Both the position numbers and the translations under genes were made by a program. Source: Lingula anatina (Eukaryota; Animalia; Brachiopoda). From it: a stretch of 64,000 nucleotides of DNA. Positions 22,158 to 36,800 of the stretch are shown one piece after another. The notes below the pieces were generated by a model. The model saw only the letters and a list, made by a program, of their open reading frames with translations, did not search any database and had not been told where the DNA came from. The stretch covers positions 310,001-374,000 of the forward strand of contig CM120649.1 of assembly GCA_051362555.1 (NCBI GenBank). Direction: 5' to 3'. Positions within the stretch are counted from its first letter, which is position 1. Each line of letters starts with the position of its first letter.

Positions 22158-23571
22158 TAGTTTTAATGTTAGTCAGCAAGATAATGGAGAGGAGAGTGGT
22201 GTGATGCACTCCTCCTTGGCACTGCACAGTGTGCAAAGTTTTCATTTCTCTTTTTTTTACCTCTCAGAACATGCTGACCTCTACACCTTGAGTAGTTCAC
22301 AGTTTTCATTTTCCCTTCAGATATTACCGTTCTTGTTTACTCAACACTCAGGGTATTTAGCACACACTGTGTTGAATCACTTACTTGTTGTGTTAAGGGG
22401 TAAAATAAATATGTTATAGGAGGATTTTTGTATCATTTTCCTCAGGAAATGTTGCCATTGCGCAGTCCACTGCGTAGGTCAGTAAACTCCAAGAAACATT
22501 TCCTTCCAACTAAGTGCTAAATAGACTAAAATCTTCTGATGTTAATGTACAAAATGATCTGTGTTTGGGCCAACTTTTTTTCTGTACTTTGCCCACACAG
22601 TCTTCAAGAAGAGTTCAGTACCATCAAAGGAGAACAACATGTGGACTGTGTATGCATCAGATAAAAAAAATCTCCAGCAATTGGGCAATAATTTTTTTGA
22701 GTTCTCTTTCTGTTTTGAGATCATATTCTTTGCCTTGTCATAAAAGTTCATCAACCTAAAATAGAGAGACTTGCAGGTCAGTCACCAGTCAAGGTATATT
22801 TGGCTTAGAAGGTGGAAAAAATTTCTGTAACTTTTGGATTTCTTCTTTTTGCAAACTCTCCGTTCCAGTTTAGTGACCTTAAGCCAAGCCATCTACAAAC
22901 TATTTATTAAACAAATTAAATCCTGCTTGTCCTGAGTTGATGCATCTAGGTTAGTTTTTTTCTTGGCCAACACTGGAAGGCAACCTTTGGGTCAAATTTT
23001 GTCTTCATTTACAAGAAAATCTACACATACTCAGTCTTGGCTAAAGATTCCAGGTGTTTTGTGAGCCATCACTCTACCTCTGAAATAGGAATTTTGGCAG
23101 ATGTTTTCTTTATTTGTGAAACTTAGAAACCATGCACTTATTGGGTTGATTGAGGCCAAATTTCATTGAAATAATATTATTAATTTTATATTGATTTGTT
23201 ATGCTCATCAAAATGATTAGATGAATGAATAAAAAATAACATAAACGTAATTGATAAAAAATACAGATGTTAAGTAAAAAGGGATTAATAAAATGAAAAG
23301 GAAAATTAAAAGCAATGTGCCAAATAAAGTCTACTTATTTCACTTTTTGTAACATAACATTTTTGCTCACCAAAACAAACAAAATATATTCATTTCATGC
23401 CAGGCTGGTCAAATGTGAGAGATTTTTTCTCTGTGTATAAGTAATTTTCGAAAAAGTAAATCATCTGATTAGGAGCGACATTTGCCAGATGGACATTGAA
23501 GTGCTTTGGCTAGGTGAGAAATTTGGAGTGCTTTTCCAATACAAACTGTCACCCAAACAAGGTGATTGCAG

Positions 23572-23856
23572 AAGAATAAAAACACTGGTTACCAGGTTAA
23601 TGATTGGAGAGCTGTTGTCCCATGTGTTGTTCTAGGTAGAGAGGATAAAAACACTGGTTACCAGGGTGATGATTGGAGAGCTGTTGTCCCATGTGTTGTT
23701 CTAGATAGAGAGGATAAAAACACTGGTTTCCAGGGTGATGATTGGAGAGCTGTTGTCCCATGTTGTTGTTCTAGATAGAGAGGATAAAAACACTGGTTAC
23801 CAGGGTGATGATTGGAGAGCTGTTGTCCCATGTTGTTGTTATAGGTAGGGAGGATG
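23572..23856. repeat. Minisatellite, 4 copies of a 69-70 bp unit
   Basis: GAGGATAAAAACACTGGTTACCAGGGTGATGATTGGAGAGCTGTTGTCCCATGTGTTGTTCTAGATAGA repeated. Confidence 0.95.
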
Positions 23857-23899
23857 AAGTTGAGAGGTTTATGCTAAACATAAAGCCTGTCTATGGATG

Positions 23900-24127
23900 T
23901 ATTCAGAACATCGACAGCATTAACAACCAAAGTTGATTCATGGACTAACAGATCTGCAGATCAAATATGGATGACTCACTTGAAAGCTTGCCACATAATC
24001 CCCTAATAGCCTCTGATCATTCCCCGTAGATATTACGCAGCAAACTTTTAACTGGGTCTGCCGTATTTGATACATAGATCTGTAAGTCCACGAATCAACT
24101 TTGGTTCTGAATGCTGTCAGTGTTCAA
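23900..24127. mobile_element. MITE family A, related copy 2
   Basis: Inverted arms (AACCAAAGTTGATTCATGGACTAACAGATCT.. / ..AGATCTGTAAGTCCACGAATCAACTTTGGTT); shares GGACTAAC..TCAAATATGG..CACTTGAA with the 10463 copy. Confidence 0.7.
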
Positions 24128-24901
24128 TGATTTAAGCAGAAAACTTTCCCAGCTGCTCCTCTGGGAACAAAATTGATTTACAGAAGATAACTCTGCCATC
24201 ATTAGGGTTTAACTTGGTGAGAAAAGTTTTATTCCTCTTCTGAGCAAGTTCTGCCCCAGCGCAACTAAATGTTTTAAATAACATTTTGGGTTTTCCAAAG
24301 CTTTTTCAAATTTTCATGTTCATGGAGATCCTTTTTATAAAAAAGAACAATGTTTTTATGCATTTCTCTGTGGCATAGAAAGCTGAGTGTTTTCAGTGTT
24401 TTTTTTTTAGATTAAACTGTTTAGCACTTTTTTAATTGTCCTTTATGGGCATTGGAAGTTGAGCATTTTCCAGTATTAAGACTGTTGTCTCATTTTTTTC
24501 CTTTTTTATCTTTTTTACTCTGCCACCAGATTAATGTGAAACAATTTAGGTGTGCATAAATAGTAAGAAGGTTTTAGTGCCAGGTGAAGAATGAAAAATC
24601 TGCCTGTCAGAGGTTTGAAGGTTTCCTGCAAGGATTACCAGGAATCATTATGTTTAACCTTAAATTTTCATGACATCCAGATTTTGTTTTCCAAGATATT
24701 AGCCAAGATATGTCAGGTTGGGAGGGGAAAATTTCTTAGAAGGATAATTGAAAACTGTGTTAATTTTGATTTCAACGACATGACATGTCTTGTTGCTATC
24801 AGGTTACATTTCAAAGGTGATTTTTCTAAGAAGAAAAAGATGGTTTTCCATCACACTTTATTGGTAGAATGTTTTATTGGCAGATATGTCAGTAGAAACA
24901 T

Positions 24902-24934
<33 letters not shown>

Positions 24935-26391
24935 GCAGGCTGACAGACAGACAAACACACAGACGAATAAGAAAAGCTTAATTTTATCTCTGTAAAACCC
25001 AGTGAAATAATTATATCTCTGTAAACCCCAGTGAAATACCACACCAGTTAAGAGTACTTCTAACTCCAGACAAGATCCTTTACCTGGAGTATCTTCACTG
25101 ATTCAATGATATCCTCTACACAGTCCACTGATTTGTACTGATGACAAACAGGAAATGAACAACTACTGTTTCACATTAGCTGAGATAAAACAGTAACTCA
25201 ATCAACTCTCAATTCAAAGAGCCCCTTTAGAGAAGATGCTTTTTTGCTATTTCTGACTTTTGCCTTAACCATTTCGTACAAATTGTTGACAAGACAAGAA
25301 TGTTGACTGGATTATGTCACGCTGGGGTCAAAGACCATAAAAATCAGAAAGTGTCAATGGAAGGGCCTGTTGACTGTTGATTACTTGGCTGCATGCTGTG
25401 AACCCACACTGAGTGATTGATTGCAAGTGGAATAAATTGCTCAGGTGAGGAACTAAAGAATGACTTTGGTTTTTCTTTCACTAAGGTTGAAAATTTGTTC
25501 TTATTTCTATGTCTACAAATATATTTTTAATGGAGAAATAGAAAAATAAATCTTAAAATATCCCTATCTTTGAAAATTACTGAAAAATCCATTAAGTGTC
25601 CTTATTACATAATACAAACTGACTCCAAAATTATTCTGACGAATTCATTATTGTTTATATGTATGTTTTTTAATGTACTCCTACTAAATAAAAGAAAAAA
25701 AAAACATGCAAATTGATTTTTGAGTACTGCAGAAATGCTAGGTAATTGGCGTTACATAACAGTTTTGGCAGTAAGCAGAGAGGTGTGCCTGAGTATGCCT
25801 TCTCAAGTTGACGTGAAGCAAAGGTTGAGGGAAGAGCTCGTTTAATCTACGCATTACCATCTTATGTGATTGGAACAGAGATACCAGGATATTTAGGGTA
25901 ATGGATTTTATAGAGAGGGAAGAAATGGGGCAATGACCTCTGGATATTACAGGAAAGGCTAGATAATTGACTAGGGAAGAATTGTGACAGATTAAAGAGC
26001 ACAGATTATTGGTTGTAGATCGAGGGTTATTGATATTTCCTTATTATGGATGTTCAAAGATGTGAATGCAAGGATGTCTGTCTCCCCCCCCCCCCCCCCC
26101 CCCATGCCCCTGCCTATGACAATTGGTGTCTGTACATATACACAGTAAAAAAACATTTTTGGCTGGTTTCTATTTCTGTTAAGATTGTTTTGAATATGCC
26201 AAAAGCTTAGGATACAACATAGGAACAAAGTAACTAATACATGGATGGGTGCATCCATTTGTGCTCATTTTCTTTTGACCAATCATCATTCAATTTGAGG
26301 TGTGTGGGAGATTTGGTATTTAAAGTCTTCTTTTTCTGATTTTGATTCTAAGACTTGTTTAAAAGTTGGGGATTTGAGTGGGCATATGGAG

Positions 26392-26446
26392 TGAGAAAGA
26401 GAGAGAGAGAGAGCGAGAGATGGAGAGAGAGAGAGAGAGAGAGAGA
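26392..26446. repeat. (GA)n microsatellite
   Basis: Direct read. Confidence 0.9.
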
Positions 26447-29400
26447 ATTAGTTTTAGAATGAAGAACTATGCAATGGACTAGGTTTTATGATTATTGTAA
26501 AGTGACTGAATGGAGAGTCAAATTGGGAAAACCATAGCAATACAAGTACCTAAACATACAAACCATCAAAGCTTTCTACATGGGTAAAATAAAAGTGCTT
26601 GGGAAGACCTTACCAATGCGAGCAATACTCATTAAAGATAAACCCATGTACTTTTATGCTTGAGAACTCCTTGAAAAATGGGCATCAAAAGAGCTGATAT
26701 TGCCCTTTGCCATTCACTGGTAGTAAAGTGTTTCCTGGAGTATCAGATACATAAGGGTCTGACAATCGTAGATCAGTCTGTTTCTTGTTCTTATTTGTCT
26801 CACGTATCCTATGAATAGTTACTGGCTTAGTCACTGACAGATGAAGGTGCGAGCTTCATTTTATCAAAATGTTGACAGCTTTTAATCTTTTTAAAATTTC
26901 TTTGATAGAGAAATTAGGGGTGGTTTCTCCTGCCTGACCACAAGGTTGAGACCTGCACTGCAGGCGTCACCTGTATTTGAGAAACATCAAAGTTGAGGAA
27001 GTATTAATAAATACCTTTTCATAAATTGATCAATAATTTTTGATATATTGCATGTAAAAGCATGTCTGTGTGTGGTCTCGTACACTGTCCAAAAGGCTCA
27101 GACTTATCATGTTCTTATGCACTACTTTTTGTTTATAAAAGGTGAAAAGTGAGAACAGAGTCTGTCATTTTTTCTTTCTTTCCCCCTCTGTACTACACCA
27201 GAGTATAAAAGATAATTTGTACTCATAAAGTGTTAAAAAAAGAGAGCTGAACATTTCAGTTTTTCTCCCCCCTCTCCCCCTGCACTTCTGAGGCCCGTTG
27301 AGGCTATTTGCTTGCCAAATTTGATATTAATCGCTTTCCTAGTCAGAAAGGTGTCTTTCATAGTAAAATGGCCATGTCTGCAGACCTGGACATCTTGAAG
27401 AGCTGCTTCCTCTTCACCAAGGTCTTATTTTATCTTATCACCGGGGAACTATGTTGATGGTTTTCTATGTGCCTGAGTTGGGCTCACTCTTCTGTGTAAA
27501 TGTTAAATTACATTGGTCTAATGTGGAAGGCCCTTTAGCAACATGTCTTACATTGGGTGAAAATATTGCTGGGATTATATTAGATATTTTGCCTGCAAAT
27601 TGGCTTACAGTTTGATAAAAATAAGTAGGGACAAATGATGGTGAAGGTTTCACAAAGGAATAGGGTTATATTTGAAACAGAAAATTTTGGGACATATACT
27701 GAAAAAGAATTTTTGATGAAATTTCTAAAATAAGAAGAAATGAATAAATGAAGTAAGATTAAAAACAGAAAAAGTCATGAGTTCAGGTAAGTCAATGAAA
27801 AATATCAACTCATAAAAGTGATATTATGTCACAGACACCCAGGTGTTGATATAAAGTTAGGATTCTGGAGGGTATGTCAAATTGTGACTGATTGTGTTTA
27901 GTATGAGGAACATTTTACATTGATTGCAATCCTTTTCTTCAGCTACTTATCTGTCTCTACAAGAATAATACTTTCTTGAATTTCTTGTTACACAATTTCC
28001 ATCGAGCGTCTAGGCTATTATAGGCCTCCTGATCTTTTCTTCCAGTGAGAAGAGAGATTTCTCATAGGTTTTTCTCAGTCGTCTTACGTAACTCTCACCT
28101 CCGTTCCGACAGATAGGATTGCAGAGAGTGTTCATGTGTCTGGAAAAACTCGGGGGGAAAATGATTCTTTTAAGCCTTTAACAGTTTCAGTACTCCAGTG
28201 GGGCATTGCATGAAAAAAGTAGATGCAAAAAAAGAATGATGCAGACCTCAGGGGTTTAACCTTTGGGCCAATTCAATGCATTTCTCTTTCTGTCTCTCTC
28301 TGCATTTACTTCTTTAACTCTTTTTGTTCTTGCCACTTACTTTAGGGGGTTCCTGCATTGTTATTTCCCATTTCTCTTATAATGTTTATTTTTTCAATAA
28401 AGCCATGCTCCTTGTTTGTCTGTAAATGTTTTTTATCATTTCAGCAGAAAAATAAACATATTTTAATATTTAGATAAAATTCGCAACTTTGAAATCAGTC
28501 TGCATTTCATGAGTGTAATAGTTTTGATGAAGGAATATTCAAGTAATTGCCTTTTTAAAAGTTCATTGACATCAAACAATATTAATGTTGCTTTCAGAAT
28601 AACTGTGTTTGCATGCTGTTTGACATTGGAATTACAACATTTACTCTGATGTATATATTCATAACAACAAAGTATGGTTTATTGACTGAAGAATGGTAAT
28701 GGTTTAAAATGCCAGGAGTTATTTTTACTAGATTGCATCAGTACTTCCTAGCAGTGTAGTTTGAAGAGTGAAGGTATTATACATTTAGTATCAAAGATAA
28801 ATGTCTATTTATTGCATCAGGACATCCATTAAGATACTTGTCCGTTAAAAGATGTTGTTAAGGACATCAAACCAACATGATAATTGACGAAGTGTTGATA
28901 AGTTTATCAGTCCATGAAGAGTGTTGGTTTAGGAAGTGCTTACAGTTGATCAATGTGAGTGTGTTGATTTAGGAAGTTGTAATTTCTTCACTAGATAGTG
29001 CTGAAACATCCAATTATGTAACTGAAAATAATTCTCCCATGCAATGTAACAAAGTGTTTTCCCTTGATGTTCAACTTTTGGCATTTCTGTGCAAGTCGGC
29101 ATCTTTGATTTTGTGTATTTATTGCTGACATTTGTTCTCAACCTTTTCATAGCACAGGCATCTGCTGATAAGCCGTTTGCTTTTAAAAAAAGGGTGGACT
29201 TTATGTAACTTTTTTTCTTGGTATGTTTAGTGGTTAATAATATGAAGTAACGTACTAGTAGGTGTGAAGTAGGCAAATTATTTGTGTCAACATCAACTTC
29301 AGCTAGTTTTGTAATTGATAGATACCTACGAGTTTAGAGTTTGCAATCCTTTAAACATTCATGTTGGGCAAAATGTAAAAGGAACTAAGAAAGAAGGCAT

Positions 29401-30182
29401 TATACAAACAGTCTCTATATAGCAAGCCTTAGTAACAAATTAAAATAAATTTAATTCATAAAATTGAAATTAAAAAAAAAAAATTGTAAAGAGTAAATTG
29501 AAGATATATTTTTCATAAGAAAATTCTCTTTTTTTTCCCAAATCTTTAACCTGCTGTTGTTATATTACAGTCAACAGCAGGAGTACCAGAAAAGTTCTTG
29601 ATTGCCATTAAATTACATCAGATTTTTATTAATGCTTGGATATTTTGAACAGTGCATCAGTTTAGTATACAGCTGGATGTGAAAAGAACCAAAGCTGTCT
29701 ATGGTGAGCACAAAATAACTTCATCAAATTGCCCGCTGAGCAAGGTGGGTTACCTAGACACCCAGTTTCAGAGAGACTCCTACATTTGCCTGCCTTAACC
29801 ATTTATTGTCATGTTCCAACTTTAATGTATGGACATCAATCAAATAGCATGGCAGCTGGGACACGATAGGCCCACTTCACTTTGATCAATGAAAACTATA
29901 AGCTACAGCTTGATAGGGTTGTTATCAACATCTTGTATCAGACAGAACTTCATATCTCTGGTTTTTATAGTCCGTTAGATAAAGAATCATTAATCTTGGG
30001 TTCTTATATTCAGTATGAGCAGGAAGGATTGAAAAGGTGATGTGACTGGAATGTTTCTCTATACAGCAACCATTGAGCTCTGTTTTCTGAGTAACTTGGT
30101 AATGCTTTTGTGTAAGGGAAGAACTATAGCTTTTATTTTTTTTCCTCTGGCAGCCCTACCCCCTTAGTATGAGATTGTCAAA

Positions 30183-30348
30183 CAGGTCCGTAGCCAGCAA
30201 TTTTAAAAGGGGGGGTCTTTTTCTGAAAAATTGGACCTTTTCCCATAAAAACGTCATGTACCTAGATCAAATTTAACCCAGAGTGGACCTTTTCCCAGCA
30301 AAAGGGGTGGTTCTTTCGAACCCCCGAATCCCCCAGGCTACGGGCCTG
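30183..30348. mobile_element. MITE with CAGG-type TIRs (hAT-like)
   Basis: CAGGTCCGTAGCC ... GGCTACGGGCCTG; internal TGGACCTTTTCCCA repeated; flanks TCAAA/CCAAA suggest a 5-bp TSD with one mismatch. Confidence 0.72.
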
Positions 30349-31390
30349 CCAAATAATGTTAAATGTCTAGAGCATAACACATACCATGTCACCAATACTT
30401 GAATACAATATTATATTGGCTTAGTTTTATTACTGATTAATCAGCAGAACACCTACAGCTAATTTATGCTATATGGAAGCTGTTAAAATTGGCTTGGCTT
30501 GAAAATAAGCCATTCTGAAGATTATAACATCATAGTGTTCTCTTAGGATGTTCGTAGAAAAAGACTAAGCTTTTTGTTTCTGATTTCAATAATTTAAGTT
30601 AAAAAAAAGGATAACAAAGAAAAAAAGTCAAAACAGTACAGTTCCTAGAAGTGTCTTGTCTTCTTTTATCAACAAATCTGCTTGTAGAAATTATGTTTTT
30701 AATTGTATCAAGCATAATGAGAACAGACAAATTCAAGCAGGTATGTCAGCACTGCTCTCAAAGTATCAAGTAATCTTCTAAAAATATCTCCTTCAGATGT
30801 TTTTATCTTTTGAGATCAATTTAGAAACATTTTCAAAGTTGTCTGGTTAACCTTGGTAATCACAGTGACAGTTTTTCCGTTCTTATCAAGAGCCAATTAA
30901 ATTGGCTGTAAATAAACTCTGCTAAATTGTGAAGCAGCTAAGAATTCTTGGCAAAAAGCACCATCAGTATGAAAAACTGGTCATTTAAAACAAATGTGCA
31001 TCCTTTGGCCATCTTTAAATTGAAATGGTGAAACAGTTTGATGCAGAGAAAAAAGTTTTACAAGAGGTTGCACAAAACCTTTTATCAACAAAATAAAATA
31101 TATTTTTCAGTTAGTCAGGAGTTGGCATTAAACAACAAATCTGCCACTTTGACATCAAGAGAAATTAACTAAGAGTTCAAAGGTACAACTATGTATCCAT
31201 GTATGTTCCTTCATTGACGTAATGTTCCTTTATGTGACTTTATAATGGTCGATGCTGTGCAAAGTACCATGAAATAGATTAAATGATCAGTGCACTGAAG
31301 AATGGAGGAAAGCATCCCTGTCATTTTACCAACAATACTCCATCTTTTATGAACCATGGGTTTACAATAAGTAAATGTTAAGAAGGGTAA

Positions 31391-33885
31391 TTATTCCCTC
31401 AGACTCATGGATCTGTGTCTCACTCTGTGCTCCGCAGCAAGTGTCCTGCCGTAGTGGTAATGATGATGATGACGGTGAGTTTTCTTACACGTCAAAATAC
31501 GAATAAAAGCCCTCCGAAATGAAGTATTAAACATGGTATAGATGATGGGGTTGGCCAGTGAGGCCACGTAACCCAGCCAAACAAAGACGGTAAACGTGTC
31601 CTCTGTTGTTTCTGCCATGCATGGAGTACAGGTGACAGATAAGACATTCAAGACAAAAAAAGGTGCCCACAAGATCACAAAAATGGCAAAGATGATCCCA
31701 AGCACCTTGGATGCCTTCTTCTCGTTGCTTGCTCTGTGACGAGACAGTTTGTTATTCCTTCGTAGGCTTTCCAGGGATATCTTTTTGTCCACAGTTTTAG
31801 CTGCTGCACAACTGAGACGACAGCGGTGCACGAAATCAAGACCCGTCTGACAAAGCGTCTGTACAGGTTCACAACAGGTGCCAAATTTTTTGGTTGGCAC
31901 ATTAGGAGGCTGTGGTTCATCAGGGTGTATGACAACCCCGTTACTGGAACTACTGTGGTTAATATCGCTGTGAGCCTGGAACACAACGGAGGAATTCCTG
32001 CTGGCGTTGTTGATTGTGGTGGTGCCACCTACCTGCAGATGGGTGACAGCCTCCACAGGACCAGGAGGCATCAATAAGTTCTGATTCTCCTTTGGCACTG
32101 TAACTGTGGGAGTGGTATTGTCTTGTCCATTGTTGATTTGATTTTCTGAAACTCTCGTTTTGTAATCCCGAAATCTGGTAGCAAGGATTTCCCAAAATCT
32201 AGATTTCTTTTTATTTGTGTTTGGTTTTGAAAGCCTTGTTGAATGATCCGAGCTTTCCTCGTGGTCAGAACGCAGTATGTCTGTCTCTTGCACAGAGTTT
32301 GGAGCGCTGCCATTAGTCAGAAAAGAATGGGCGTGGCCGTTACTAGGTGGGTCTGAAGGAACATAGCCATTGCTTGGGGGATCAGATGGAACATACCCAT
32401 TGCTAGGGGGATCCCTTTGCTCCACAAAGCAATTGTTTGGAAACTCTTGTCTTAAAACTTTAATTCCAGAATAAATATTAGAAGATGAAGAAACATGAAG
32501 ATTGTCACTAGCTCCTGAGTGAACAGATGTGGTGGAAGCGTGAGAGCTGGTAGATTGAACAGTGTTTTGTGAAGTATTTATAACATCTTCAATTGGAAAA
32601 CTAGGACTTTTCAACTCCAGGTTACTGTTTGGATTTATACCATCATGAATATGGTGATTTTCCTGGTTATTATTACTGAAGGAATGGCAGTCTTGTTCAT
32701 AGTTAATGGCAGACCTGTGCTGCTTTTTATTTTGTTCAGCATTGTAATTACCAGGTAATTGTCTCTCTTTGTTATTGTTATCATACAGATGATGTTCATC
32801 ATATTCCATACTCCCATCATCGTCATTAGCAGCATTATATTCCTTGCATTCTGCACTAGAGATTGAACTACTTCTACTCCCAGGTGGTGAATTTATATGC
32901 AGGAAAGGTCCCGTTGTTGAGTCAGGGCGACAAAATGGCTGCCTTTCCTCTGGATTTTTGCTGTCGTTTTGACTCCAGTTACTACCTTGGTGCGATGACG
33001 ACAGTCTCTCTATGGTATCAGCTACCATGGATGAAAACGAGTGAGCCTTAATGTCAACGAGATCCTCTTTTGGTTTCAGCTCCAGAGGGGTTCCCATAGT
33101 AACCAACAGGGATAGGAAGGCATTTTTTGTCAAATTTTGTAAAGGGTTCATGCTAACAGTCTGAGAGCGCGGCCTTGGTGGTGTATCACTTGATGTCCCT
33201 CTTGATGTGAGCATAGTGCAAGAAGAGGCCCTGTTAATAGCACCAGTTTCCAAATCTTCCACTGAAAACTTTCGACTGTTGCCGCCATCACTGCTTATAC
33301 TGCTAACACTGCTGCTAGTTGATTGGTGAGAAATTCGCTGTGTGCGAGCTTCTGATGATTTTTGTTTCTCAATAGAGATAGGTTCCTCCTGTATCCCAGA
33401 CAATTGACACTGCATTATAGTCGCCGTCTGACCAACATTTGATCCTATAGATGAGCGGAAACTGTCACTTTTACTGTGCCTCATTTTAGAGTTGTGCATG
33501 TGTTTCTGATTGCGATACAAAATCAGCAGCGTCAAAACGTATGTCACAATCATGATAAGAAGAGGGATGTAAAAGGCAAAGAGAGATCCATAAATAATGA
33601 AATTAGTCATGGTAGGAACACAGACACCATTATTGAAAACATTTGAATAATCCGTGAATCCTGAGATAGCTATCGGGCTCGATATCGCCAGTGAAATAAT
33701 CCAGACACTGCAGATTTTCAGTGCCACCATTTTCTTGGTCTTGTTGCGTCCATATTTCATTGGATAGCGGAGAGTGAAGTAGCGATCCATGGACATGGTA
33801 CACATATGCCATATGGAGGCTGTGCACATGCATACGTCTGTCATAGCCCAGATGACACAGAACGCTGGATCCAGGGGAAAGTAGC
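31391..33885 (-). CDS. HTR2: 5-HT2 receptor coding exon 2 (ECL1 to C-terminus, 2495 nt)
   Basis: Acceptor ttttctattttccag|GC TAC TTT CCC gives (G)[16 protein letters not shown]... The frame stays open to TAA at 31393-31391. Confidence 0.93.
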
Positions 33886-36800
33886 CTGGAAAATAGAAAA
33901 AAAAATATTACGCATTTAAAAATGTTTGCTCTATTTTATCTTATAATGTCAAATAATAATAAATTATAGTGGAATCTGCTAATTACCTTATGATACCTTA
34001 CAGTTATTTACAAAAAAATAAAAAAAAAATATTATTTTATCTTTGGAATTGTGTGAAACATTGACTAACAAGGATATTTGTGCAACTTTTATAGATTTTA
34101 CTGCAGTCCCAGTGTATCCAAAGTAAGCAGAATCTGCGGTGTTATTAAGTACAATTGCATCTCTAAGATGAGTCGCATTGAGATTAGCGAGATAGAAAGT
34201 GATCTTGAACTCAGTTTTTTTTTTGTTCTTTTTATCCAGAAATTGAGAGACGATAACTTGGCAGACACAAGTAATATGCAAGACCCCAAGTCTTAGCATG
34301 TGTCAGAAGCTGAAGTGTCCTTACCTGTGCCTTGTACATTTCACCTATAGGAAATGTCAAGGTTTAATGTAATTTACTGCATCAACAGTTTCAACACTTA
34401 ATAAAAGCCTTAAGTGATTATGTGCAATGTTCTGATGTGGAGTATGGCCTAGCAAGTGTATGTTATAAGGTAGAGTCTATTCTGCACTGTAGTTCACGTA
34501 GTTGATGTTATTTATTGCTTCAACAGTTTCTGCGTGTTACTGCGACATTGTGAAGTGTTTCAGTTTGCATTTTTATGGCAAGGTAATTGTAATGTTCTTA
34601 GACAGGTAGACTTAATCAGACTTCAGTCTGTTTGCACTAAGAGATAGTTTTGATGCACTCAAAAAACCTGAAGGACGTTTTGATTAATTAGATAAAAGAC
34701 AAGGAATATCTCGTAAGTGCTGTGCACATGTAATGATGAATGCGTGAGTCTGGTTTTGATTGCTTTCTTTTTTTTTCTGATGGTTTACAGTTTTACAAGC
34801 ATGACAGCAGACGTGGCTTAGAGAAAGCCAAAGCTAATATTTTTCACTTTCTATCCGAGTTTAAAAATTTGCCATTTTTTTTTAAATTTTTCAAAAAAAA
34901 AAAGTTTTGTGATCAGTAGTGAGTAATGATCATTACTGAATTCATCAGTCGCTAAATTAGTCAGTGAATAAAACCAATCAGTGACTGAGTTGATCACTTT
35001 GTTATTGAACCAACCATTCACTAAGTCTGTCAAATACTCAGTTATACAAGTGATATCTTGACATGCCCCCCCCCCCCTCTCCCCGACCCCTCCACTGCCC
35101 TTTGGGTGTTTACACATATAATTCCATGTAATCCTGGAATGGTGTGGAAGCTATGTATTGTAGACATGAAGACAGCATACCTCTCATAGCAGTAACATTG
35201 CTGGCATGGTTGAAGATACTCACCTTCACTGGAGTGAGGTGGAATGCAGTTTGACTGACCAGGACATGTGTGTATGGGGGCTGGTCCTGATGCTGGGGGG
35301 GTGCTTTACATATATGGTCAGTGGGGGAGAGAGGGGGGTCAGTTGTGTGGAAAAGCAGGGAGGTAGAGGATTAGGAAGAAGAGGAAAAGGGGGGAGACAG
35401 AATGAATGAGGTTGTATAATGTGTGTGTTTGTATATGTGTGAAGAAGAGAATGGATGAATAAAGTTTTACAAGAGAGAGAGAAAAAGAGAGAGAGAGAGA
35501 GAGAGAAAGAAAGCAGCATTTGTGTTTCAGTCAAATATACACCATCAATAAACTGACATTGTCTTCAGCATTCAATTTTAGCAATTATACAGTTGCAAGA
35601 GAGAGAAGATGCATTTTTTTCTGTTCTATTTTTCTTCTTCTTCTGCATTTGTTTGCACAATAGATGAACCGTAAAATCCTCTTGTTTCAGCCTAAGAAAT
35701 GGAGGACATCAAGCATATTACAGAAATTTGACAAGATTATGGGAACAACCTTTTGCCTTTTCAATAACACCACAAATTTATCATAAAACCTGCTATTTTG
35801 GAATTGCTGCAGCCAGTAATGGCAGATGTACTGACTGAGGCAGAGAAATTGGATTACAATAAGTAGGCAGTCTAATGCAGTTTTCACATTACCAGCTCAC
35901 TGTTAGCCTCCCTATTTAGATCTAAATGTCTTGTCTAGTTTCCGCTAACACAAATATCATGCTGGTTTTAGAAACCTGATAAGGGTTAAAAAGCAATTTT
36001 AGAATTTTCACAGCAATTATTTGACTGTGCCCACTTATAACACCATATACTTCTTTCAATTTAGATTTGAAAAACATCGAGCAATTCCAGGTAAATGAAA
36101 TATTTCCCCTGCCGCTATCAGAAATTTGATAATTATAAGAAAAGACGTTTTTAATTTTCAGCGCAGTTTCACATCTGGCAATTTTTGTGCTGTGTTTATT
36201 TGCTCTTTCAGGAGTAGATTGGCTATGCTGGAGATGGTCGTCTAAGTGATTTATTGTAATATATAGCAAGCAGTTTGAGGATGAATTTGTGCTAAAACAG
36301 GTGTGTGGCCCCTCAAGGCTGGACAGCCATGGGGATTTATATGTGGGAGTAACCTGTGGAACTTGTTTAATTGGTGGCATCGTAAATAAAGGCATTACCT
36401 GAAAAATGTGGGCAATTTTCCAAAATATTTTCCAAACATTTTTCTCATGTGGTTGTCCTCATTTATGTTGCAATTACTGTAGCAGAATGTATTGATATAG
36501 AAAGTAACATGTACATAAAGAGTAAATTCCTTTTGATGAGAACTCCATTGTTAAATAGGTATAGGTGTAGGATTGCATGTGCTTGCCTTGGTGTGCGTTT
36601 GCATGCATATTGAGAATGCCTCATCAGATGGGCGTATCATAGATTCATTTTGTAATTAATAAAATTGAATGATATTTTTATCTCATAATGCATGTATCTG
36701 TCAGGAAAATAAATGAACTGTGTCCGTCCACTGAGGTTTTAACTGGCATGATTAAAATCCCCAGTGAACTGGAAACCTGCATTTTGTAGCAAGATCATTT

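Noticed and set aside
23566-23856. CRISPR-like array or repeat-protein ORF
   Set aside because: Head-to-tail 69-70 bp units with no unique spacers, a frameshift between units, and a eukaryotic context.
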